From Macrostomum lignano (taxonomy: Eukaryota), in assembly GCA_002269645.1 (NCBI GenBank), contig NIVC01001589.1, forward strand, positions 16,259-80,258: a stretch of 64,000 nt of DNA, in the 5' to 3' direction. Below the pieces are notes generated by a model. That model made no database searches. It was not told the origin of the DNA and saw only the letters and a program-made list of their open reading frames with translations. Numbering within the stretch: position 1 is the stretch's first letter; the number at the start of each line of letters is the position of its first letter. Positions 1-11,200 of this stretch are shown piece by piece. The position numbers and the translations under genes were made by a program.

Positions 1-2
1 TC

Positions 3-377
3 ATTAAAGACAGCATGGTACTGAAGCCTCCGGCCTGGTACAAAAGCCTCTGCGTGTGCGAAATCACCTTTCAGGCACCTCTGATCTTCCTGTGCACCTA
101 TGCATTCGTTCTCGGCGGCCGAAGGTGGATTCGAATACCTGCCATCATCTACGGCACCCACGTGGCCACCACGCTCATCCCAATATTGGCTCACATCGGC
201 TATCACGACTTTACTGGAGAGACGCCCCAAGGACCAGAGACACTTGATGACCGGCTCAAGGTGGCCGGAATCTATCTGCCGTGGTTTGTGTGGCCCGCCC
301 TGCTGGTCTGGCGAATGTGCGTAAGCCCGTTCTACTCTGGCCAGGCGAGTGCAACGAATAAGCGCAAAGCCCACTAG
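3..377 (+). CDS. TMEM97: TMEM97 / sigma-2 receptor (EXPERA domain), C-terminal part; 5' part lies outside the window
   Basis: PPAWYKSLCVCEITFQAP...WIRIPAIIYGTHVATTLIPIL...PETLDDRL..YLPWFVWP matches the TMEM97 C-terminal half as recalled (PPAWFKSF.FCE..FQ.P / WIRTPAIIY / TTLIPIL / PETL.ERL); stop at 375-377. Confidence 0.85.
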   Translation: MKDSMVLKPPAWYKSLCVCEITFQAPLIFLCTYAFVLGGRRWIRIPAIIYGTHVATTLIPILAHIGYHDFTGETPQGPETLDDRLKVAGIYLPWFVWPALLVWRMCVSPFYSGQASATNKRKAH

Positions 378-1309
378 AGATACATGAAACCATTGCCATG
401 GTTACGTTCTATTCCTTTTCAATTTATCTGATCTGAATGATATCAATCGAAGCCATTCATCTATTCGTATCCAACATCTTCTCGTAATTGTATATGTAAC
501 CATAGCAACTGAATTCTTCAACTATACATGTAGGAATTTAAGTTACGAGCTAATAAAGAATTACCCCTCTGACTGCGAAATTTCGCTTGGTTTTAGAATA
601 CTTTGCAAGCGTGTAATTTTCTTTGTTTATTTGTTTATTTGGCAGTGGCCAAAAATCATGTTTTGCATTATTTTTCATAACAATGATTTGAGAGTGTTCC
701 TAATTCCTTTCTATTGTTCTGACATGTATGATGATAACAACAGGGTATGACTTGCTGATATTGCTTCAATATTACTGTAAGGATAAAATTCAAGCAACGA
801 AAACAATCATTAATAGGCCTATCCAAGCTAAGGTTTTGTACGCTCGTAGTGTGGTGCAGGAAGAAAACTCTAGCGGAATAGACGACACGTGTCTACGGAC
901 CACCCAAGGACCACTGTAGTACTCGAACGTCTCGAAGTATAACTACTATAAACAGCACACCCCAAGGGAAGGGAAGGCGGACGCGAATGTTTGCGAGTAC
1001 ATCGAGTACAGTGCGAGTGGATACGACGGTCCAAAATCCGAAAAATGATGGGAAAATAGTGAAAGAAAAACGGGGGGGCACGCAGAATGCTGGGACACGC
1101 TTGCAAGCAAAATAAAATAAACAGTCATTAAAGCAGCACTTAATCGATAAAACAACAGTCATCATTGCAAGAAAAAGATAAAATACTAAATAAGAAAAAA
1201 ACACGAGTTGAGAAGAAAAAAAATCCAAACATTTGAGTCCAAGCCAGAGGAAAAAGAAAGCAGACAGCACACCAGCTTCAACCCAGAGCAGGCAAATGAA
1301 AAATTATAG

Positions 1310-2130
1310 TCATTGAGACAGTTTGCGAACAGCCGCCAGCTGGAGGTCGAAGCCCTTTTCCAGCCCCAGGTACACCTCAACCGCCGAGCTCCGCCAGTCG
1401 GCCAGGGCCTTGACGACCGGCAGCGGGACACCGGCGCGGAAAGCCAGCGAGGCGCCGCCGCGTCGAAGGCTGTGAGGAGACAGAGACCGGTCTGCCAGGC
1501 CGGCACGGTGGACGACGTGCTGAAACAGGCGACAGAACCGGGTGCCGGTCAGAGGCGTCAGGCCGCTGCTGCTTCGGTAGGCGAAGAGGTGGGCAGCAGC
1601 GGCGCGGTCGGGCTGGTTGATGCGCAGGTGGTGAAGCAGCGCTGCCACGGGGCAGAGCGGGTGCTGCGACGCGTGCCGGAGGCGCGGCAGGACAACGCGC
1701 TGCACTCGCTGGCGGTACTGGTTCGTCTTGGAGCGCCAAATGTGCAGGATGACCAGATCCGGTGATACTTGCAGGTCGCCGCAGGTGACCGCCTCGCCAG
1801 CTGGTGGGAACGGTTTCGAGCAGCACAGATTGGCGCGGCACAGGAGGCCCCAGAATCCGACCAGGACCGCCGCCCAGAAGGCTGCATCTTGAGGCTGCTG
1901 CAGGCGCAGGGTTCCTCGCAGTTTGAGGAGGTCACCTTGGGCGCCTTGCGCGCCGGTGGCTTGGCGAGTTTGCGCTGCACACCGCGGAGGAGCAGGTCGA
2001 TGCGGGAGTCGCGAGGAAGGCCGCGGCCGGTCTTGAGCTTGTAGTGCAGGTCTGCGGCGTTATTGTACGCACCGACGCTGGCATGCGAGGAGAGGCGGTC
2101 GGACAGCGCGATGATGTAGTGCGCGACCAT
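1310..2130 (-). pseudogene. Tyrosine recombinase of the Ngaro/DIRS element, frameshifted and N-terminally truncated
   Basis: LLLRGVQRKLAKPPARKAP, GFWGLLRRANL, RSKTNQ, HPLCPVAAL, HSLRRGGAS...LADWRSSAVEVYL (catalytic R, K, HxxR, W, Y). Frameshift near 1930. Confidence 0.9.
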
Positions 2131-3100
2131 CAGACCCAGTTGATGCGGCCACAGAGCGATTGGAGTTGGCGCTTGGTGATGCGCTCGCGAGAGAGCGCGT
2201 ACTGCAGCTGAGACTTGGTGGCGTCGAGCTTTTCCTTCGGAAGCTCCAGCAGGCCGCTGACGGTGTCGATGAGGACGCCCAGGTAGACCAGTCTGGTGCA
2301 CGGCGCCACCACCTTGCTCCAGTTGATGGAGAAGCCAAGCTTCCGCAGCAGATTGAGCAGGGTGTCGAGAGCGAGCTGGCAGTCGTCCTTGCTGGAGGCT
2401 GCTATGGCGAAGTCGTCGAGATAACTGCCGATATCGTTGAAGCCCCGTCTCTGCATCATGCGCTTGACGGCCTGGCTCAGACGGTGGAAAACTTCCACGG
2501 AGGCAGCAGCGCCAAAGGGGAGCCGCGTGTCGCAGATGTACGAATCGCTGCGCTGGTCGCTGAATTTCCACTTCAAGCCGGTGAGCCGAAAATCGTGCGG
2601 GCTGATGCCGACACTCCGGTAGGCATTGGCGAGGTCGACTTTGGCTATGAACCAACCGGGTTGCAGCTTGGCGGTGAAGTGACTGACGGTCTCGAACTTG
2701 ATTCTGTAGTCGGAAGAAAATCGCCTGTTTAGGGAGAGACCCGGAGGGTTAGAGCAGTCGTGGATGAGTCGAATCTTGTTGTTGCCCTTCGGAATGGTGC
2801 CAAGGGCGCTGATGACCTCCGGTTTGTCACTGACTTGAACGTAGCGGCCATTAAGGATTTCCTCTTGCACCTGCTGCTCGACCAGCTGCCGGTAACTGTT
2901 GACTGATAGCTAGTTCTGGATTTCTGACATAGTTGAGGCTCTTTCTGACGGGTCAGGGCAGGTGAGTTGGAAGCCGTTGCGGATGCCATTCAGCAGGAAT
3001 TCGCGGTCAGGATCGTCAGTCAGCTCAGTTTCCCAGGCGGCTGTGGCGAGGTCGGATGAGAAAGCGACGGACTCGAGGGGCTTGGGACAGGGCCAGCCGG
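2130..3100 (-). pseudogene. DIRS/Ngaro reverse transcriptase, disrupted; RNase H absent
   Basis: RLIHDCS, KVDLANAYRSV, RLPFGAAAS, SYLDDF, LGFSINWSK, YLGVLIDT. In-frame TAG at ~2910 (N*LSV). The frame ends at GRINWV* and abuts the YR sequence. Confidence 0.9.
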
Positions 3101-3174
3101 GGGCAGCAGGGGTTCGACTTTGGCTTCCGCCAGGGCAGCTGCGCTGCCAGTTGAGCCCCCCGGCCGGCCGCGAT

Positions 3175-3690
3175 CTAGTTTTTGAAGATCGCGTTGCCGC
3201 CCTGATTTGACTTTGGTGCCAGAATGTGCTTGGATAGCAGCTGCAGCGACTCCCGCTCCCAGCTGCCGCTCGACTGATGTTGCAGAATCCTGAAGTCTTC
3301 ATCGTAACAGTTGAGGGCGGCCTGACTGAAACCCTGGTGCATAAACTCGCCGAACTGCACACAGTAGCGAACGTAGGCCTTCAGCTGTTCAAGATCCACC
3401 GCGCCATCCTTAGCGGTGACCAAGGACCCCTCGTCGAGGATTTTCAGCAGGATTCGGTTGCTGCCTGCTACCCACTGACCCGCCGAGATCTGCTCAGTCC
3501 GGAATCTGGACCTCTCGCCAGAGGCAGGCTCCTCGCCATCACGGTTGATAAAGTCCTTTACCAGAAGGGGCTTTGACGGTCCCGACGGCCTGGCGGAAGT
3601 GCTGTAGAGGCCTTGAAGGCCCAGTTCTGGTAGTCCCAGCTCCGGCTCATAGGCAGCAGGGGACCGGTCAATCGGCAAGGGGCTCCGCAA
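3175..3690 (-). pseudogene. gag-like ORF1 of the Ngaro/DIRS element
   Basis: QWVAGSNRIL...YVRYCVQF...YDEDFRILQ..SGSW resembles the conserved gag region of YR retrotransposons; lies upstream of RT. Confidence 0.65.
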
Positions 3691-5222
3691 CTTACGGCTC
3701 TGTTGGCAAGGCTTGTTCTCCAGCTCAGCCTCGATCTCAGCAGTCTGGCGTTGAAGAGTCTTCAGCCGAAGCAGCTTCTCCTGACGGGCGATCCTCTTGT
3801 CCAGATCGTCGGTGCCCTGCGCGAGAAAATTTCATGCAGCGCGAGAAAGGTGAGGCAGGCTGAGTAAAAGCTAGGTGATATAAACCTCACGGCGGAGGGT
3901 GCAGTGCAGAGGGGGGTTAACTTGGGGTGGGTGTTTACAACCAATCAGCAAACGCCGATTGGACACGTCATTTTAACGACCCTTGCATCTACATTATGTA
4001 AGTCAACGGGAAAATATCTAAATCTCCTACATGTGTGTCACATGCAATTACTGTTTAAGCAGCGCTAGATGCACGCTTTTACACGCATTTCAATTCGAAC
4101 TCACAAGTTAACTGAAGCAACTTCAGAATATTTTACCAATCGTACATCACATATATGTACACATAGCACATTCTGTACTTCTTGTACTTCAGATGCTTGG
4201 GAATTCACAAATCAAATCTACAATATACTGTACATGTGAGGTCAGTCACTACACAATCATATTTATTGTAAGTAACAGGTGCATGGAGTCACCATGATTT
4301 CATAGTGCAAAGCCAAGATCCAAATTAAAGAACAAAACATTTGGCTTGTTTGGTGCATGTAAAAGCCTGCATGTACATGTATGTGCATGTATTGATCGAT
4401 ATATATTTTATTTGGCGCAGGCTACAGAATCTACAACTTAATATGTGTATAGTATATAGCAGACTGCAGAGCAGACACTTTTTGACGCCAGAAGCACTTT
4501 TTTGCCCCCACATGCACTTCAATTATTAGTAACGACGGGAAAGCAAATCTGGGTTTCTACATGATTAATCTACTGCTACGAAATAGTAATTTGCAGATTA
4601 CATATAACACCAAAATGAGTGTCACAGCTTATACTGGAAGGAGGAAGGAAATTTCCTCCCAGTGGTGATTCTCTTGGTAATTAAGTAGATATTGTACATT
4701 ATACATGTAAATTGTAAAGCTTACTGCATGAGATCAGCTTAACGGATCAGATGAGATTTGATTAAACGGATCGAATTGATTTGCATCGATAAAAACTCGA
4801 TACCCACATGATAATTACACTAATATGTTATTTGTGTCCAAAATTAAAAAATTCCATCCATCACATTAACTTGTGGCTCAATTTATCAAGAATCTAATTA
4901 ACGCGGTTTAATTTCATAGAAAGTGGGCTATTAAAAAATCAACACTGTATTTCTGTAGTCTTATATATTCTGCAATAATCCGGTGGATAAAGTTAAGTAA
5001 TTATGCCAAAGTTAAAATTAAGTTTCTGTTGTTTATCTCAGCCGCCCTAAATCACTCAAAGCACCCCGCTATTTTGATTGCACAATTGTTATGCAAATCC
5101 ACGTGATATAAGACTGAGAAGGAATAAATAAATAGTTTTATACAAAAAGCAATTTATTTACAGTTCCACACATTGTTTCTTTAAACGCAAGTTGCTATTT
5201 TAATTCTGTCATCAACAGAAAG

Positions 5223-8200
5223 ATGAGTTGGGAAGAAGAAGCCAGTCAGCTAGGCAACGATGTCTCAAAACTAAACATTGATGCACCTGTATTTGTCCCT
5301 GGACGCAATATTAACGCTCCAGCCTTTGTACCTGGGCAACAAACTTTTACACCCCAAGCTCCAGCTCAAAAGCAGGAGCCGTCTGTTGGGACATCCAATG
5401 CTGAGGAAGCGATGGAAGAGGATAAACCTGCATCATCAAATGATAATACAACTGCTGCAGCAGCAGCATCTGTGTCTCAGGTTAAAGATCAAAAGATGGA
5501 TTCTGAACAGAGTGAGCCATCATTGCAGTCACACTTAATGAAAAGTGTAAAAGATAGCGAAATGCAGAAAGTGGCATCAAATGCTTCATTGTTGTCTTCA
5601 GATGCTGATAAAGGTAATTTTATTGTCTTGTTTCTTTTAAGTTAGGGTCAATCAATGATTTTGATATGATATAACTTTGTTAGCTTAAGCAATTGCAATT
5701 TTTATGCACACTATTTTTTTAGCTTCAATTTTTTTAAATATCACATTGTCAATTTTGAGTTTTGCCTTTAGAAGTTTAGACTTGCTAATCTATCTCTTAT
5801 AAATCTATCTCTTAGAAGCATATAAAGACTGCTAAGAACATATCTTAAAAAGTCTGAATATTAGAAGCATCTTGTCCCGAATCTTATCATATTGTCTTAA
5901 ATTTTAATCTAGAACAAAATCTCAATATCAGCCACATGTAAAAAGAAAAATATAATGTTCCATCTATATTATAATGGCACTGCCAGATCCTTAGCCCTTA
6001 GAAAATGGGTTCTGGTGCCGGAACTCTAGCCATTGCCAGTTTAGACTAGCAAATAGAACTTCAAGCAAATGTCATAGAGGCTAACTTCTCTCTATTAAAA
6101 TTCCAGCTGCTAATACCAAGTTGTACTAGGGATTAACTCTTTATTCTTAATTAATTAAATGGCATAGCACTATTAATAAGTCTAACTATTTCTTAGAATT
6201 AGTCAGTGGCGCAACTAGGAAGGTAGGGACAGGGTGGTTGCCCCAGAGACCTAAAAAAAATCAAAGGGGGACCATGCAAATTTTTGCCAAAAACAGAGCT
6301 ACCCCTCTGCCCCTGGGACTTTATCCTCCAGAATCTGTCCCTTCCCCTCAAAAAATTTCTGGTTGCGCTACTGGAATTAGGTAATGATTTCTCTTTAGTA
6401 CATTTCTAGATACCATTTTATATATAATTCTAGTAGCATCGGGTGCAGCCCATTTTGGCGAAGGAATTTTCGGCAAAAGACGCTTTGGCGAAAGTGAATT
6501 TTAAGTTTTAATAGATGTACATTTCAGCAAAAGAAAGTGACTAGTTCGGCGAAAAGGTAGGCTACGTATATATTGCAAATATACCACTTTGGTGATTGAA
6601 GCTTTTAATAAATTTTCATTGCTGCAAATTATTTGCAGTTACAAAATTTTAAAACTCATGACTTAGCTCGTAGCAATGTTATGTACATGAGCGCAATTTA
6701 TCAATATGCAGTCGATAGATTAGGGATGATGACAGTGTGATTTTTCAGATTATCCAGGCTCCTAAAATTGTACTTTGAAATTCCGCCGTAATGGATGGGA
6801 ATCTAATAAAACAACTCAATTAAACTGCGACAAAACAAAACATGTCACGATAAAATTAGTCTTTATAAAGTTCGTCATTTTTCTTTTTAACTTTCTTCTA
6901 AAACAAAAAACTTTTCAGCAAAGCTTGGAATAAATTTTTCGCCGAAATGGGCAGCTTTAGATGAAATGGTCATTGCGAAAGTATTTTTTGCCATTATTGA
7001 CTTTCGCCAAAAATTCTTTCGCCGAAGTAGGTTGAAACCATAGCATCTAATGTATACTTCTAGCATTGAGCAGTCTACTAGTAGATAAACTTTTCCAGTC
7101 TAGATGTTATCAGGATCAGAGGGTCATGGTAAAACTCTAGTATATTTCTTTGAATTACTCTCCAACTCTCTCTTTTAGTATATTTCTCTTAACTATTTCT
7201 CAGCCTTTCAAAATGAATAAGTTGCCCTTAGTCTTAACTTGAAAGCTCTAAGAATATAGATTGAATTATAATATTTACTATAACCATATTATAATAAATA
7301 GTTGTACATTTAAACAAACAAATATTTAGTGTCTGGCATAGCTTTGATTTCTTAAAAAAGATATAATATTAATTAAGAATTACTATTACATTCATTCAAG
7401 GTAAAAATATTCAAGTAGCACTATTACACAAATTTAGACTTATTGTAAATATATATTACTTAGTTAGATGACTAGAAAGGCAGTATTAGCCTTAAAGTAA
7501 ACTTAATAGTTTGGGTTTAAGATAAAAAACTAATTAAGAATAATGCCCAATATTAGATTTGCAATTTTAGAAACTTTAAAATAGAAGAATTCTTAAAAAG
7601 AAAAATCTTTGATAAAAAAGGCTAAAAAGCCCAAAGGCTCTTAATTATAGCATAACAATATATAAGTTAGACAAGTATGAAATATTTAGTTAAGCATGAG
7701 ATATTGTGAATTTTTTGTTTCAGCAAAAATTATTTGATCATGATTTACAAAAGCAATTAAATATCATAGTAAAATGCAATAAATCATAAATGCAATGAAT
7801 TTATTTTTAGTACAAATATAAAAATTGTCAACATTATCTTTTCTTTTTCATTTTTACTTTGTATATAATTTCTGGTTTTATTGACTTTATATAATCAATT
7901 TAAATATATTTAATTGACTTTATATATATATATATATATTAATTTAAAGACTTATCTTCAACTACTAAAGTATATAAAACAAGTAATGGCAATTGTTATT
8001 GCAACTTGCAATAAATATAAGATCAATAGTGAAAGTTACAAAATATAGAGACCATTATCCATTTATGTTGGATATTTCTCTTAACTATTTCTCAGCCTTT
8101 CAAAATGAATAAGTTGCTCTTAGTCTTAACTCAAAAGCTCTAAGAATATAGATTGAATTATTATAATATTTACTATCACCATATTATAATAAATAGTTGG

Positions 8201-11200
8201 TACATTTAAACAAACTAATATTTAGTGTCTTGCATAGCTTTGATTTCTTAAAGAAGATATAATATTAATTGAGAATTAATATTTACTATTTACTACAAGG
8301 GGTGTCCCAAAAGTTCCCGGAATGTCTAACGTAGCTCTTCAACAGAGCCATGAAATTTCATGCCCATGGTGTCAAATGAAAGGAAATTTTGTCACAAAGA
8401 ATACAAAGTTAAAATCATGTTGATATCTTTTTTTATTCAAGACAAGAGCTACAGCAAGAAATGTGCGCAAAGGTCAGGGGTAGTGTTACACAACCTCAAC
8501 AATCTATGGCAATAATTTTTTCATCTCCATTTTTGGAGTTTTTCATTTTGAATTCGTGCTACTGACGTGTCAGAAAGATGTGGTAGTGTCTATGGAAAAA
8601 AGCAGAAATGCTCATAAAGCTAATCTGAGCTTTTGCGCAAGTGCAGATAATTCGTACCAAGCGCTTGCTTTCAACTTGAAATTTCTTTGCAAAATTGAGT
8701 TCTCTTCAAAGCCTTGAAAGTCAGCAAAGTCAAGTTTTTGCCCTTTGGTCAGTAGGATGGAGTGGAGCCAAGATTTCTGACCACTTATTCTCCATCCACG
8801 GTGAGAACAGCCTGAAAAACTGAAATTTACGGATGGATCGAATGCTTTAGAGATGGCCAGTCTGCTGTGAATGAATTCAAAATAAAAAACTCCAAAAATG
8901 GAGATGAAAAAATTATTGCCATAGATTGTTGAGGTTGTGTAACACTACCCCTGACCTTTGCATACGTTTCTTGCTGTAGCTCTTGAATAAAAAAAGATAT
9001 CAACATGATTTTAACTTTGTATTCTTTGTGACAAAATTTCCTTTCATTTGACACCATGGGCGTGAAATTTCATGGCTCTGTTGAAGAGTTACTTTAGACA
9101 TTCCGGGAACTTTGGGACACCCCTCGTAATATTTACTATAACCTATTACTATTTAATATCAATTATATTAGTGTTTTACATATCATTTTTTAAAAATCAA
9201 ATATTATGTTACAAGCAAAATTAGTAGCAAGAGTAAAGACTTTAATGAAGTTATAGAATTTTTGTTTGAAAATGGACAAAAAATCCAAATATTTGAAATT
9301 ATATTGTTATAAATTGTTATAATAAAAACAATATATTATAGATTAATATGTTGAAATAATAATGTTGAAATTATAATATCTGCATAAACTATACATTATG
9401 TACATTAAAGATGCATTTAAGTTTAACTGACCATGTGCTTGGTATCTCTAGCTATTGAGCCAGCATTCTTTAAGCACCTAATTTAAATATATTTTTTTTA
9501 GAAAAAAATCAATGAGAAATAAATTTGCATTCATAATTTTGATTTAAAACAAGTTGTTGATAAAATTTATTAACTGTCCTACTAAGCTTCACTCGTACAC
9601 AATTGCTGACCAACTTAGCCTATCCAGCCAGTGTAAGTTGCAGTAGACCAAGAATAAAAAAATCACAAAAGTGACAATTTTTGAAAACTTTTTAACTTTT
9701 AAAAACTAAACAGACAAAGAGTAAGGGTATTTAATGAATCTAGGCAATTTTATAATCTTATCAAGTTTTATCTGAGCTTATATTGCCTATATAATATAAA
9801 CTCTGCAAATAACTATTATTAAGGCGATGATGAGGCTCCAAGTAGCCGCTCAGCCAAGGCGGACACTCGCAAGGAGCACCTCAGCCTGGTCTTCGTTGGC
9901 CATGTCGATGCCGGCAAATCCACCATAGGCGGTCACCTGCTCTACCTTACTGGCATGGTGGACCAGCGCACATTGGAAAAGTACGAACGCGAGGCCAAGG
10001 AGAAGAACAGAGAGACCTGGTACCTCAGCTGGGCTCTTGACACCAACGCTGAAGAGCGGGAGAAAGGCAAAACTGTTGAAGTTGGCCGGGCCTACTTCGA
10101 GACAAATAAGAAGCACTTTACTGTGTTGGACGCTCCCGGACACAAATCCTTTGTGCCCAACATGATTGGCGGCGCTTCTCAGGTAATTCTTGATCTTGAG
10201 TCTAATAAAAAATCCTTGATTTTTATTGTTTCATCCTTGAAATGGCCCAAGACTCAATCCCTAATCACTGAACGACAATTCCCAGGCTTAATCCCGAATC
10301 CTTAATCCAGTATCCCAGTTCCCAGGCTTAATCCCGAATCCTTAATCTAGTATCCCAGTTCCTAGGCTTAATCCCGAATCCTTGATCCAGTATCCTAGTT
10401 CCCAGGCTTAATCCCAAATCCTTGATCTAGTATCCCAGTTCCCAGGCTTAATCTATAAACCGCAATCCGTGTGCCAAGGCTCAAAAGCTCAAATCAATTG
10501 AAACATAAATCCCAGTTGTGAGACATAGAATCCCAAATTTCACAAAACATGTATCCTAACTGATGCCTGATTTTCCCCCTGCGAACGATTTGCAGGCAGA
10601 CTTGGCCATCCTGGTGATCAGCGCCAGAAAAGGCGAATTCGAGACCGGCTTCGAGAAGGGCGGCCAGACCCGGGAGCACGCCATGCTAGTGAAAACCGCA
10701 GGCGTACGCCAACTAATTGTACTCATTAACAAAATGGACGATCCAACCGTGCAGTGGGCCGAGCAGCGCTACGAGGAGTGCAAATCTAAGCTGACGCCCT
10801 TTCTGCGCAAGTGCGGCTTCGCATCCAGCTCTCTGTATTTCATGCCGTGCAGCGGCCTGACCGGCGGCTGGCTCAGGGACTCCGTGCCCGAGGATGTGTG
10901 TCCGTGGTATCGGGGCCCGACTCTGCTAGACTATCTGGACCAGATGCCCACTCTGTCCCGGCTGTCCGACGCTCCGCTGCGGCTGCCCATTGCGGACAAG
11001 TACCGGGATATGGGCACCATTGTTATGGGCCGGATTGAGGCCGGCCGGCTGAAACAGGGCGACCAGCTGCTAATGATGCCCAATAGAGTCAATGTAGACA
11101 TTGTTGGTCTCTGGTGGGACGAGCTCGATGTTTCTCAGGTGAGTTGGGTACTAGAGAGATTTGGGGCAGAGCAGCTCAGTGGTAAACGCGTCTGACTCGA

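Larger units (their letters stand above)
870..3950 (-). mobile_element. Degenerate Ngaro/DIRS-type tyrosine-recombinase retrotransposon (gag, RT, YR); boundaries approximate
   Basis: Order on the minus strand is gag-like (3175-3690), RT (2130-~3100), YR (1310-~2130). Terminal split repeats were not identified. Confidence 0.85.
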
